Positions 27,373 to 37,449 of a DNA stretch of 64,000 nucleotides are shown here, piece by piece. Positions within the stretch are counted from its first letter, which is position 1. Each line of letters opens with the position of its first letter. The notes under the pieces were generated by a model. The model saw nothing but the letters and a program-made list of their open reading frames with translations. It searched no databases and was not told the DNA's origin. The translations under genes were made by a program, and so were the position numbers. The DNA comes from a virus, in the IMG/VR virus record IMGVR_UViG_3300033571_007861, positions 5,871-69,870 of that record; one strand, 5' to 3'.

Positions 27373-28287
27373 ATGGCCGTTAATCTTTCAGCCATTAAAG
27401 ACCTGCTTCTGCCGGGTCTACGTGGCGTCGAGGGCAAGTATGCCCAGATTCCTAGCCAGTGGGATAAAGTCTTTGAGAAGGCCAAGTCCAACATGGCTCT
27501 GGAGCGCACCGCCGAAATGCGTTACCTCGGTCTTGCTTCTATCAAGACTGAAGGCGGCGCTGTCAACTTTGACAACAATGCCGGTGAGCGTTTCGTCTAT
27601 AATCAGGAGCACTACGAAATCGCGCTTGGTTACGCGATCACTCGTAAGGCAATTGATGACAACCTCTACAAGACACAGTTTACGCCGACGAACCTCGGCC
27701 TGATCGAATCCTTCGGTCAGACGAAGGAAATCTACGGCGCAAACATCCTCAACACGGCGACGACCTACAATCAAGCTGTCGGTGGCGACGGTCAGGCTCT
27801 CTGCTCGACTGCTCACCCGATTGACGGTGGCACGGTTGCGAACCGCCCGGCTGTTGACGTTGACCTCAACGAATCGTCGCTGCTCAACGCGATGGTTTCG
27901 ATCAGAACGAACTTCAAGGACATCGCTGGCCTGAAGATGTTCGCTCGTGGTCGCAAGCTGATCGTTCCCCCGGCGCTGGAGCCCGTTGCTATCCGTCTCA
28001 CCAAGACGGAACTTCGCCCCGGCACGGCGAACAACGATGTCAACGCCATTCATACGACCGCAGGGGGCCTCCCCGAAGGTTATATGGTCATGGACTTCTT
28101 GACCTCGAACTTCGCTTGGTTCCTGCTGACAAATATCAAGGGTTTGGTCTACATGGAGCGTGTTCCTTACGAAATGGACATGCAGGTGGACTTCACCACG
28201 GACAATTTGTTAGTGAAAGGTTATGAGAGGTACAGTTTTTCGTACTACAACTGGCGTTCGATTTTTGGATCGTTCCCGACAAGCTAA
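27373..28287 (+). CDS. major capsid protein
   Basis: LLLPGL..EGG..ALGYAIT..DD..GGDGQALCSTAHP..KLIVPPAL..ERYSF; strongly biased codon usage. Confidence 0.88.
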   Translation: MAVNLSAIKDLLLPGLRGVEGKYAQIPSQWDKVFEKAKSNMALERTAEMRYLGLASIKTEGGAVNFDNNAGERFVYNQEHYEIALGYAITRKAIDDNLYKTQFTPTNLGLIESFGQTKEIYGANILNTATTYNQAVGGDGQALCSTAHPIDGGTVANRPAVDVDLNESSLLNAMVSIRTNFKDIAGLKMFARGRKLIVPPALEPVAIRLTKTELRPGTANNDVNAIHTTAGGLPEGYMVMDFLTSNFAWFLLTNIKGLVYMERVPYEMDMQVDFTTDNLLVKGYERYSFSYYNWRSIFGSFPTS

Positions 28288-28296
28288 CAAAAACAA

Positions 28297-28333
28297 TGAG
28301 TTGCGCTTAAATTTTAACTTTAAGCGCAACTCA
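28297..28333. terminator. hairpin after the MCP
   Basis: TGAGTTGCGCTTAAA...TTTAAGCGCAACTCA 15-bp inverted repeat; no clear T tract on +. Confidence 0.55.
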
Positions 28334-28352
28334 AATAAAAGGGTACTTTTGG

Positions 28353-28381
28353 TTGACTTCTTTGGATACAAATCTTATATA
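28353..28381 (+). promoter_or_regulatory. sigma70-like promoter of the endonuclease gene
   Basis: TTGACT-N17-TATATA. Confidence 0.55.
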
Positions 28382-28412
28382 CAATTTGTACCCCCAAAAC
28401 AAAGAGGTCAAA

Positions 28413-29117
28413 ATGCCAAAGTTCTCAGAAGATGTGTCTATTGATCTTGTAAACGAGTTTTTTGTTCTTGATCGTGATGCAGGGGTGGTTGTTTGGAGAA
28501 AATCTCCAGCAAAAAACGTCTATGCGGGTGAAGTTGCAGGATGCGTTAAAGCTTGTCGAAAAGACAAAGACGGTAACGAAAAGTCCTATAGCTATGTTCG
28601 AATTGGCGGTCATCATATCCCAACTTCGCGAGTTGTTTGGGCGTTAGCTTACGGAGAATGGCCGAACGGAAGAATTTCTTTTATAGACGGCAACACTCTA
28701 AATTTGAGCGTTGAAAATCTGTCTTTAAACAAATCACTTCCAAAGCCATTTAATTTTGACGACGCCGAAGATCGCAAAGAGTATTACAAAGAACACAGAA
28801 AAGTTTTCAAGATTGATCACGCAGACAAACATCTACAAAGAAAGTATGGTATAACTATTCATGATTATGGTAAAATGCTCGTTGCACAAAATGGAAAATG
28901 CGCCATTTGTGGCAGCGAAGAAGCCGGAAATCGTGAAGGACAACCAAAAGCTTTTGCTGTAGATCACGATCACAAAACAGGTAAAATTCGTGGACTTCTC
29001 TGCGAATCTTGTAACCAAGGAATTGGCAAACTTAAGGATGATCCAGATATCCTCCGTAAAGCAGCCGATTATCTTGAAACCCACCACCTAGCCTCCAAGG
29101 CCGTTGGTGGAATTTGA
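28413..29117 (+). CDS. degenerate HNH domain fused to an endonuclease-VII-like domain
   Basis: N-terminal HNH-like SRVVW..GEWP..IDGNTLN with His residues lost; C-terminal KYGIT..CAIC..VDHDHKTGKIRGLLCESCNQGIG. Confidence 0.85.
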   Translation: MPKFSEDVSIDLVNEFFVLDRDAGVVVWRKSPAKNVYAGEVAGCVKACRKDKDGNEKSYSYVRIGGHHIPTSRVVWALAYGEWPNGRISFIDGNTLNLSVENLSLNKSLPKPFNFDDAEDRKEYYKEHRKVFKIDHADKHLQRKYGITIHDYGKMLVAQNGKCAICGSEEAGNREGQPKAFAVDHDHKTGKIRGLLCESCNQGIGKLKDDPDILRKAADYLETHHLASKAVGGI

Positions 29118-29135
29118 ACTTAGAAAGGGGCCGAA

Positions 29136-29201
29136 ATGGCGCTTACAAATTTTACCAACTGGGCGGCATCTTTTGATGTCCCCTATCTAATAGGAGGGTG
29201 A
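29136..29201 (+). pseudogene. 21-codon mini-ORF, possible relic of a structural gene start
   Basis: GAAAGGGG RBS; MALTNFTNWAASFDVPYLIGG*. Confidence 0.35.
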
Positions 29202-29204
29202 GTA

Positions 29205-30383
29205 ATGACTATTACAGCATTTACTGGACCCGTCCTGTCTTTCGGCGGAACACCGGGGGATTCGTTTTCCAATCCCGACCTTGGCACATCGCTGTTTTGG
29301 GCAGGCACGGGTCTTCTTGATCAGAGGGTTCCCACTGGTTACTACCCCGGAAGCGATGGCAGTGGTATCGCGACTGGATGGTTTGGCACCGGCTATATCC
29401 AGACGGTCAACTACAACCCTTCGACTCTGGCTGCGGACAATATTGCCGCCAGTCAGACGCCTCCCGTTGGCGCTGGATCGCTTACGCTTGTTGCTGCTAC
29501 GGCTGCTGGTGTAACGATTGGATGTCAGGTTCTTAATCGGAACACGGGACAGACGGTGACGGGCCTTCGTGGCCTTGATCTTCCGACGGCTTCGTCGGCC
29601 ACCAGCACGATTGCTGGCAATGTGTTTACGGCTGTTGGCGCTGTTACGGCGACGACGACGTTTACCATTGGCTCGGTGCTTTCGGGCACTGGCGTTACGG
29701 CTGGCACCAAGATCATTGGTTTTGGCACGGGTCGTGGCGGCGTTGGAACGTATATCGTTGATACTCCGCAGACGGTTTCTTCAACAACGATTACCGGCAC
29801 TGCTGGCACCAGAGGCATTCCGGTCATTCCGCAGGGTCCGAACGGCTCTATTAATCTTTACAACCCGCTCTGCATGTTGGGGCGGAATGTGACGATTACG
29901 ACGGCTGCGACGGACAACACGGTTTATACCGTTAACGGCTATGATGTTTACGGATATCCGATTTCCGAAAACATCACTGCAAACGGCGCTACGACCGTTT
30001 CTGGCAAGAAGGCGTTCAAGTATATTGCCAGTGTTACCGCTCCGGCGGCTGGAACGCGCGGTGCGACGATTACGGTTGGCACCGGAGACGTGTTTGGTTT
30101 CCCGCTTTACTCGGCTGGTTTCCAAGGCATCACGACAACTTCGGCTTCCTTCAACAATCAGGACGTTTTCATCTTCTACGGGACGCCTCCGGTGGCCATT
30201 ACGGCGACGACGGGGTATCTTGGTGGAGATGCGACGGCGGCGAGCGCCACGACGGGCGATGTGCGCGGCACTTATGCCGTTCAGTCTGCTTCAAATGGCA
30301 CGAGACGACTGGTTGTTTACCAAAGCCCAAGCCCACTTTTTGTTAACTCAATGACCGGCCTGTTCGGCGTGACACAGGCTTAA
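29205..30383 (+). CDS. virion structural protein (Thr/Gly-rich, beta-rich)
   Basis: GGAGG RBS; [34 protein letters not shown]. Confidence 0.75.
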   Translation: MTITAFTGPVLSFGGTPGDSFSNPDLGTSLFWAGTGLLDQRVPTGYYPGSDGSGIATGWFGTGYIQTVNYNPSTLAADNIAASQTPPVGAGSLTLVAATAAGVTIGCQVLNRNTGQTVTGLRGLDLPTASSATSTIAGNVFTAVGAVTATTTFTIGSVLSGTGVTAGTKIIGFGTGRGGVGTYIVDTPQTVSSTTITGTAGTRGIPVIPQGPNGSINLYNPLCMLGRNVTITTAATDNTVYTVNGYDVYGYPISENITANGATTVSGKKAFKYIASVTAPAAGTRGATITVGTGDVFGFPLYSAGFQGITTTSASFNNQDVFIFYGTPPVAITATTGYLGGDATAASATTGDVRGTYAVQSASNGTRRLVVYQSPSPLFVNSMTGLFGVTQA

Positions 30384-30393
30384 GGAGGTCAAA

Positions 30394-30714
30394 ATGAAAG
30401 CTGCGAAGAAGAGTGCTGAAAGCCCCAAGAAGGGCGTTGTTGTCGGTGATCGTTCTCCTACGACGGTTTATGCCGGTGAGGGATCAAACGTCATCAAGGA
30501 GGCCAAGGAGCGCCGTAAGGGCGGTTCCTGCTACGAGGCTGGCGGCAAGGCCATGGCCAAGAAGGCTGCTGCGAAGGTTGAGGGCAAGAAGGCGATGGAT
30601 CGTCTTGATCGTCCGAAGCGGGCCACTGGCGGCAAGATTGGCGCGAATGAGAAGCCTTTCTCAACGGCGGCAACGACCTCCAATCGACCCGGCGGCGACG
30701 TTCAGGAAGCCTAA
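30394..30714 (+). CDS. small basic protein with xxGG motifs
   Basis: AAGGAGG RBS; RRKGG, YEAGG, KRATGG. Confidence 0.75.
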   Translation: MKAAKKSAESPKKGVVVGDRSPTTVYAGEGSNVIKEAKERRKGGSCYEAGGKAMAKKAAAKVEGKKAMDRLDRPKRATGGKIGANEKPFSTAATTSNRPGGDVQEA

Positions 30715-30719
30715 GAACA

Positions 30720-30746
30720 GAGGGGCCGCCTAGTGCGGCCCTTTCT
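30720..30746 (+). terminator. intrinsic terminator
   Basis: GGGCCGC-CTAGT-GCGGCCC-TTTCT. Confidence 0.65.
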
Positions 30747-30805
30747 CGCTAAAAGGCGCTATTATTGCAAAGTGCTTTTTGTGCTGCTCGTAAAGGAAAA
30801 GACTA

Positions 30806-31765
30806 ATGCAAGCGAAAACCGTTTCCGTTGGCCCTGTTACAGCGGCGGTCACTAACCAGATTTGTGCTTCTCAGACGCCTAATGCTGGTCAGATGGTGCT
30901 GAATGGCGCGGGTGTGAGCGCGACGCTTGGCAGCATTAATAATGTCGCTACATCACAAGACCCCGCCGCCGCAGGCAATTTAACACTTGTGTCTACAATC
31001 GTTCAGTTTGCTCAGCCGCGATATGTTTACGTTACGAGCGCATCAAATGATTCCGCTTTTACGTTTACAATTACCGGGACTGACGCGAATTGGAACCCGC
31101 TGACAGAGACGATTACGGGCGGCAACACCAAGGCGGTTGTTACGACAAAACAGTTTACATCTGTAAGCTCCGTGTATGTCAACGGAAATTGCGGCTCTGT
31201 TCAGGTTGGGTCTTTTGCTTATGCCACTTTTACGGGTGGAACTGCGCGTCAGGTGACGATTACGCCGACCGGCAATGAAAGTTCTAATTCGTTTATTGTG
31301 ACCGGCACAGACTTGAACGGCAACACGTTTTCTGAGACGGTCACGGGCAAAAATGCAACTGCCAGCACCACAAACAGTTACTTTTTTACAGTGACCAGCA
31401 TCACGATTGCCAGCAATGCTGCAAACGCAATCGTTGCAGGCATGACCAACACCGCTGCATCAAACTGGGTTCGGTTTGATGATTTTGCACCGTCAAACAT
31501 TTCTATTCAATGCACTGTTTCTGCCTCTGGTTCGGCCACTTACACTGTTCAGTCAACTTTGCAAGACCCTAACGATCCTTTTTCGCCGGTAACTGAAGGG
31601 TCTTTGACTTGGGTGAGTTCGTCCGACCCAGCAGTTGTTGGGGCCACAACCACTCAGCAGAGCAACTTTTTGTTTGCCCCTAAATTTGCCAGAGTTGTTC
31701 TGACCACAACCAGCACTGGTTCCGTATCTGCAGTCTTCCTGCAATCTAGCAATGGACCGAAATAA
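30806..31765 (+). CDS. virion structural protein with an internal duplication
   Basis: two FxxTGTDxN..ETxTG repeats. Confidence 0.7.
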   Translation: MQAKTVSVGPVTAAVTNQICASQTPNAGQMVLNGAGVSATLGSINNVATSQDPAAAGNLTLVSTIVQFAQPRYVYVTSASNDSAFTFTITGTDANWNPLTETITGGNTKAVVTTKQFTSVSSVYVNGNCGSVQVGSFAYATFTGGTARQVTITPTGNESSNSFIVTGTDLNGNTFSETVTGKNATASTTNSYFFTVTSITIASNAANAIVAGMTNTAASNWVRFDDFAPSNISIQCTVSASGSATYTVQSTLQDPNDPFSPVTEGSLTWVSSSDPAVVGATTTQQSNFLFAPKFARVVLTTTSTGSVSAVFLQSSNGPK

Positions 31766-34279
31766 ATGTCTTTTGATCTTAAAAATCAAACACCCAAAAC
31801 CACGCTCCCTTCAACTGGCGTTATTTTTGGCGCTGATAGCGCCTCTGCAACCAGCCCTTCTACCTATACAAAAGACTCTATTATTCAAATTCAGAGCATT
31901 GATACGATTGCCGATTTGCGTAATATGCCCGTGTCAACAGGTTTTAATGTTGATTTGGGAGGATATTATGCAAATGGAGATGGCGGCGGTGGACAATTTT
32001 ATGGTGTTACGGGTGCAGCCCCCGGAACTTATGTTGACAACGGCGGAACAATCATTGTCCCAACTGGCGGCAACGGTTCATCTGCATGGATAAGAATTTA
32101 CTCGTCTGCCATCAACATTCGCTGGTTCGGGGCGAAAGGTGTTGACAGCATTGGCGCAAGCGTTACGTCGGTTGACGATACGGCTGCTATTCAAGCGGCG
32201 TGTGATGTCGGAAGCAATGCAGTTTATATTCCACAAGGATGGTTTGTTGTCAAAAACGCTATTACACTGACATCTGTGGGTAGTGGTTATGTATTTGGCG
32301 AGGGGCGAGCGTCTGTCGTGCTTTTAGCTGACCCAAAGGCGCAGTTTATTGTGGATGGCGCAAATGTCACAATCCGTGATCTTACGATGGTGACACGGTT
32401 GGCTACGGCTAACACGGTCATGGCTTCGACTGATCCCGCAAAGAACGCTGTAATTTATGTTGAAGAACGTGAAGCAAACTGGGAATTTGACAACATATTT
32501 ATGTTTAATTACATAGGTTTGCTGAGCACGGGAATTAAAAGTTTTAATGCAACTTGCGGATTGGTTAAAAATTGTTCGGTAAACTTCCCAGAATTATATT
32601 GCTTGTGGTTTACTGGCGCGACAGGTGGCGAAGCAAACGCTATCAATGTTGTAGGCGGTAATTATAGAGGCGCGAAGGTAGCTGGTATTTTTTGGGAAAA
32701 CGGCATTTTTAATTTAATAACCGGCGCGACTGTTCAAACTGGTGCGTATGTTGCAGGACAGGCGGGTATTTATATCAAAAACAGCCAAGTAAATGTTAAT
32801 GGTTGCTATATAGAATTTGGCACTGGAATTTCATCTTTCACTGGGTCCATCGCTTATAATGGAACAAATAGTATTCTGACGGCTACTGCACAACCTAGTT
32901 ATCCAAATCTTTTGTTATCGCCCGGACAGGCGGTTCAAGCTGTGGCGGGGACGGGAGTTTTGGATGACACATACATTGTTTCACAATTGACCAGCACAGA
33001 GCCCGGCGGCGCTTTAGGTGGTAGAGGAACCTACCTACTTACCGGACCCTCACAAACTATCAGCTCAAGATCACTACGGGCGCAGTCAGGATTTTCATAT
33101 GTTTTGGACAACGCTCAAAATTGTTCAATTATCAGCCAATCAGCGGTAAATTGTCAGTGTGGGTATCTTATAAAAAATGGCAGTTATGGAAATACTATAA
33201 ATGGCCTCACAAGCGACAGCAGCATAAGATTTTATCAAATAGATGCAGGGTGTAATGATAATACAATATTTACTGGGGGCTATGTCAGGGCAAATCTGGT
33301 TGTTGATGACGGCACCAGAACGACCATTTTTGCAAATGGCGGATTTTGGGGAGGGACCGTAGCAAACCCCGGCATTAAATTTGACTATCAGAAGAATGTT
33401 GATCAAAATACGGGATTTTATTATTCTGGAGGGGCTGTTGGTGCATCCAGAGTTGGATATTCCTTGTTTTCTGCTACTGCTCCAGCATTTAATTTGACGA
33501 GGCCGAATACAACTTTGACAGCTACAATATCCGACGGATCGGGTGGAGCGGGCAATAAACTAATCGTAACAGCGCAGTCTGGGCCGCTTCTGGCGGGAAT
33601 GACGATCTCCGGTGTGGGTGTTACAACATGTCAGATTACGGTTGGCCGACCGGATGGTGGCCTCGGAGAATACACTGTTAGCGGTGCACCGCAATCTGTA
33701 TTAGCCCCCACACCGATGAACGCAGGTATCGGAGTTACGCTGGCGCTTCAAGACGTTAATTCTACCACCAGAAACACTAGAATATCCATGACCACAGTGA
33801 ACGGCCCTTGGATAATAGGGCCTAATATTGGCAACGGATCGTCATATGAAACTCTATTTAATGGGGACCAATTTGAAAGGCTTTCTGCCCCCGCATCGGA
33901 TGAGACCGCTCTATGGCTTCGTGTAAACAGGGCAGGAACATCAACGCTTTCCAGAGTCTCTATTGGAGCGGCGGGTTCGGCTGGTGGGGCGTTATTGACT
34001 GGCAGCAAGACGTATGATCCTCCAAGCCTTGATGATGGCGATGGAACCACCACGACCGTTACTGTTACGGGTGCGGCGCTTGGTGATTTTGTTACTAGCG
34101 TCTCATTTAGCCTAGACATTCAAAGCCTCATTGTGACCGGATGGGTAAGCGCAGCAGACACCGTTAGTGTTCTTTTTCAGAATGAGACAGGCGCGACGGT
34201 TGACCTTGGAAGCGGAACGCTTCGTGTTTTGGTGCAAGACACTCAAACTGGATTTAGACAACTGCGCGTAGCAAACTAA
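31766..34279 (+). CDS. tailspike/receptor-binding protein with a pectate-lyase-like beta-helix
   Basis: GYYANGDGGGGQF, NIRWFGAKG..DDTAAIQAA..VYIPQG. Confidence 0.8.
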   Translation: MSFDLKNQTPKTTLPSTGVIFGADSASATSPSTYTKDSIIQIQSIDTIADLRNMPVSTGFNVDLGGYYANGDGGGGQFYGVTGAAPGTYVDNGGTIIVPTGGNGSSAWIRIYSSAINIRWFGAKGVDSIGASVTSVDDTAAIQAACDVGSNAVYIPQGWFVVKNAITLTSVGSGYVFGEGRASVVLLADPKAQFIVDGANVTIRDLTMVTRLATANTVMASTDPAKNAVIYVEEREANWEFDNIFMFNYIGLLSTGIKSFNATCGLVKNCSVNFPELYCLWFTGATGGEANAINVVGGNYRGAKVAGIFWENGIFNLITGATVQTGAYVAGQAGIYIKNSQVNVNGCYIEFGTGISSFTGSIAYNGTNSILTATAQPSYPNLLLSPGQAVQAVAGTGVLDDTYIVSQLTSTEPGGALGGRGTYLLTGPSQTISSRSLRAQSGFSYVLDNAQNCSIISQSAVNCQCGYLIKNGSYGNTINGLTSDSSIRFYQIDAGCNDNTIFTGGYVRANLVVDDGTRTTIFANGGFWGGTVANPGIKFDYQKNVDQNTGFYYSGGAVGASRVGYSLFSATAPAFNLTRPNTTLTATISDGSGGAGNKLIVTAQSGPLLAGMTISGVGVTTCQITVGRPDGGLGEYTVSGAPQSVLAPTPMNAGIGVTLALQDVNSTTRNTRISMTTVNGPWIIGPNIGNGSSYETLFNGDQFERLSAPASDETALWLRVNRAGTSTLSRVSIGAAGSAGGALLTGSKTYDPPSLDDGDGTTTTVTVTGAALGDFVTSVSFSLDIQSLIVTGWVSAADTVSVLFQNETGATVDLGSGTLRVLVQDTQTGFRQLRVAN

Positions 34280-34289
34280 GGATGCAATC

Positions 34290-34466
34290 ATGGCAATAAT
34301 CCAATTTGAAATGGGTGAAGAGCCTTTTGTGTTCAAAGACGCCATTGTTGTGTCTGACGCAGAGATTACAACGCTAGACTTGGAAAAAATAAAGCAAGAG
34401 CGATATGCTGAATGGCTTTTGGCCATAACCCCTCCCCCGCCGATGTCGGAGAACCAAGATGGCTGA
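34290..34466 (+). CDS. small protein (58 aa, not in the ORF track), possible fibre partner
   Basis: MAIIQFEMGEEPFVFKDAI...KQERYAEWLLAITPPPP; fills the gap and overlaps the next start. Confidence 0.65.
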   Translation: MAIIQFEMGEEPFVFKDAIVVSDAEITTLDLEKIKQERYAEWLLAITPPPPMSENQDG

Positions 34467-36693
34467 TCGGTATTGGGTTGGCGGCACGGGTAACTGGAAC
34501 AATACCGCAATGTGGTCCGCTAGTTCTGGTGGGCCTTCTGGCGCTTCTGTCCCCACCAGCGCGGACAATGTGTTTTTTGACGCTAATTCTGATGGCGCTC
34601 CAAACGTTGCTTTTACCGTCACAGTAAACGTCACATCAAGTTGCGCTGACATTGACATTGGCGTTACGTCTGCACTAACACAAACAATGACACTTGCAGG
34701 CAGCTCTACGCTCAACGTTTTCGGGAGCTGGAAAAACGCCACATCTGCGACTTACACCCGGACATTTACCGGCTCCATATCCTTTCTTGCGACGACTACC
34801 GGCAAAGTCATAACGACTAATGGCGTGACACTGACGACCGGAGGTATAAACTTCAACGGAGCTGGCGGCGGCTGGACGCTTGGGAGTGCCTTGACGGTTG
34901 GTCCGGCATCTGGGGCCGGAGCAATCACTGTTTTGCAGGGAACTTTTGATACCGACAGCACCGGCAATTACAGCGTAACAACGTCCGCGCTTCTTTCTAC
35001 TGGAACCGGCACAAGAACAATAAACCTTAATGGCTCTACAGTCACTTTGAACTTTGAAGGCGTTGGGCTTAATCTATCTGGATCAAATATAACTTTTAAT
35101 GCCGGAACTTCGCAAATAAATCATACTGCCTTCACCCCCACAATCATTGTAGGGGGTTTTACTTTATATAACTTTTCGTTCACCAGCACCATTGCCTCAA
35201 ACGCAAACCTATCACTATCAAATGGTAGCGCAACATTTAATAATTTGACAGTGACAAGCCCAACGGCAGAATCTACTGGTATTAGAACTTTGCAGGTTAC
35301 CGGCAACAACGTGACGATCAATGGCACTTTGACTTTGGGCAGCGCCAATACAGTTGTCAGAAGAGTTCAAGTATTCAGTGACATAATGGGGACGCAAAGA
35401 ACAATTACGTTTAATGGCGCGTCGTCCGCTCTGGCTACATTGTCAAATGTTGATTTTAGGGATGTTGTTTTTGCTACATCAGGCGGATCGCCTGTGGCGC
35501 TTCCCGCTTCTGGCACTAAATTGGGGGACGGGGGAAACAACAGTCAAATTACATTTGCTGCAGGAACGAACTGCTATTGGACGGGAAATACAAGTGGCAG
35601 CGTTAGTGATAATAGGTGGTCTAATCTGTCAGGGGGAAGCCCCTCTACTTCATTCTTTCCACTAGCGCAAGATACACTTATCTTCGACCAGTCTGGAACT
35701 CCCGCAAATCACACAGTTACTAACAATCGCAATTTTTGGTTCGGGGCGCTGGATTTTTCTGCCAGATCAACCGCGATAACTTTCGCAACTGGCACCACGT
35801 CTATTGTTTTGTTCAAGGCGCTTACGCTGTCGTCTGCCGTCACGCTAACTGGCACGACTGGGGCGTTTTCATTCCAACAAGGCGCAGGTGCGCAAACGAT
35901 TGACATAACCCCTGCCGGGGTAGCGTTTACGCAAAATATTGTTGTGAACGTCAATCCGACTTCAAGCGTCAGACTGTTGGGCAATATCACAAATTCAAAC
36001 ACCAGTCTATCTGTTACTTTGACTTCTGGAACTCTTAACCTGAACGGGAATACGCTTTCCTATGGGCTGTTTGCGGGCGCGGGCGGAACGGGTTCTGGTG
36101 TTCGAGAGGTTAATTTTGGCACAAATGGAACTTTTACAATTTCCGGTTCAGGCGCTACGGCTTGGTCGGCTTCTGGAAGTAACTTTTCAACCAGTGGCAC
36201 CGGCACAATTAGCCTGACATCCGCCAGCGCCAAAACATTTGCCGGTGGCGGGTTTACCTACACGTCTGCTCTTAACCAAGGCGGTGCAGGAACGCTTACG
36301 ATCTCTGGCAGCAACACGTTCGCCAACATCACCAATACCTACGGAGCGACCGGCGCAACCACTATCACGTTCACCGCCGGAACGACGCAGACAGTCTCGG
36401 CATTCACCGCTTCCGGCACATCTGGAAAACTTTTAACTCTCAACAGTTCATCGGCAGGCACAAGGTTTAATTTGTCTGATCCTGTTGGATTTGTAAATGT
36501 AAGTTTTTGCGACATTAAAGATTCAAGTGCAACGGGTGGTGCAAGGTGGCTGGCTTATCTTGCAAACGGAAATGTTGATTCTGGCAATAATGCTGGTTGG
36601 AGATTTAGTCAGGGCGAAGGATTAAATGTTATAAGTGGATTAAGTGGAACAAGAGGTTTATCTATTGGTGTTGGCCTTGTCGGAAACCTGTAA
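34459..36693 (+). CDS. tail fibre/adhesin-like beta-solenoid protein
   Basis: RYWVGGTGNW..WSASSGG..ASVPT..DNVFFDANS repeated internally; GNNxGW end. Confidence 0.75.
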   Translation: MADRYWVGGTGNWNNTAMWSASSGGPSGASVPTSADNVFFDANSDGAPNVAFTVTVNVTSSCADIDIGVTSALTQTMTLAGSSTLNVFGSWKNATSATYTRTFTGSISFLATTTGKVITTNGVTLTTGGINFNGAGGGWTLGSALTVGPASGAGAITVLQGTFDTDSTGNYSVTTSALLSTGTGTRTINLNGSTVTLNFEGVGLNLSGSNITFNAGTSQINHTAFTPTIIVGGFTLYNFSFTSTIASNANLSLSNGSATFNNLTVTSPTAESTGIRTLQVTGNNVTINGTLTLGSANTVVRRVQVFSDIMGTQRTITFNGASSALATLSNVDFRDVVFATSGGSPVALPASGTKLGDGGNNSQITFAAGTNCYWTGNTSGSVSDNRWSNLSGGSPSTSFFPLAQDTLIFDQSGTPANHTVTNNRNFWFGALDFSARSTAITFATGTTSIVLFKALTLSSAVTLTGTTGAFSFQQGAGAQTIDITPAGVAFTQNIVVNVNPTSSVRLLGNITNSNTSLSVTLTSGTLNLNGNTLSYGLFAGAGGTGSGVREVNFGTNGTFTISGSGATAWSASGSNFSTSGTGTISLTSASAKTFAGGGFTYTSALNQGGAGTLTISGSNTFANITNTYGATGATTITFTAGTTQTVSAFTASGTSGKLLTLNSSSAGTRFNLSDPVGFVNVSFCDIKDSSATGGARWLAYLANGNVDSGNNAGWRFSQGEGLNVISGLSGTRGLSIGVGLVGNL

Positions 36694-36707
36694 ATAAAGA
36701 GCAAACC

Positions 36708-37415
36708 ATGACCTTGAACGCCAACATATCAAACACCTATACTTTTGATCCCTCTCTTGGTGAGGCGCTGATTGGCGCTTATTCACGGATCGGTATTCGC
36801 AGGACTGAGTTGACCACCCAGCACATGGCTGATGCGCGGTTTGAAGCCAATATGGTTATGTCTGAGTTACAGGCAGACGGCTTTAATCCGTGGCAGATTG
36901 AGCTTGTTACGCAAACGCTTATTGCTGGTCAAAGTCAGTATAATGTTCCGGATACGACAATCTTCTTGCTTGATGTTTATATTAGGCAAAATCCCGGAAC
37001 ATCTATGCCGTCTGATCGTATTCTTCTTCCAATAAGCAGAACTGATTGGGCATCTACCGCAAACAAGACAATGACCGGTTTTCCAACAAGTTTCTGGTAT
37101 AATCGCCAGCTTTCCCCCGTTTTGACCTTGTGGCCTGTTCCGGATCAGACGATTGTTAACGGATTAAATTATTATGTTCAAAAGCGTCCGATGGACATGA
37201 ACACTGAGAACGGAACGCAGATTGCTGTTCCGTATGAAGCGTATGATTGTTTTGTTTGGATGCTATCTGAGCGTTTGGCTTTTATCTATGCGCCTGATAA
37301 AATTGCAGTTGTTGGTCCGCGTAAACAAATGGCGTATCAGAAGTTCCTGCAGACATCTACGGAGAACGTGCCGCTTGATTTTGCGGTAAATATGCGCGGC
37401 TATTACCGTATGTAA
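36708..37415 (+). CDS. head-tail adaptor-like protein
   Basis: AYSRIG..NKTMTGFPTSFWY..LWPVPD; position. Confidence 0.65.
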   Translation: MTLNANISNTYTFDPSLGEALIGAYSRIGIRRTELTTQHMADARFEANMVMSELQADGFNPWQIELVTQTLIAGQSQYNVPDTTIFLLDVYIRQNPGTSMPSDRILLPISRTDWASTANKTMTGFPTSFWYNRQLSPVLTLWPVPDQTIVNGLNYYVQKRPMDMNTENGTQIAVPYEAYDCFVWMLSERLAFIYAPDKIAVVGPRKQMAYQKFLQTSTENVPLDFAVNMRGYYRM

Positions 37416-37449
37416 TTGATCCTACAATGACGGGGTGGTATAAAAACCA

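Noticed and set aside
21860-28053. Long - strand ORFs (21860..22603, 24427..25374, 27418..28053 and similar)
   Set aside because: Antisense shadows of well-supported + strand genes with biased codon usage.
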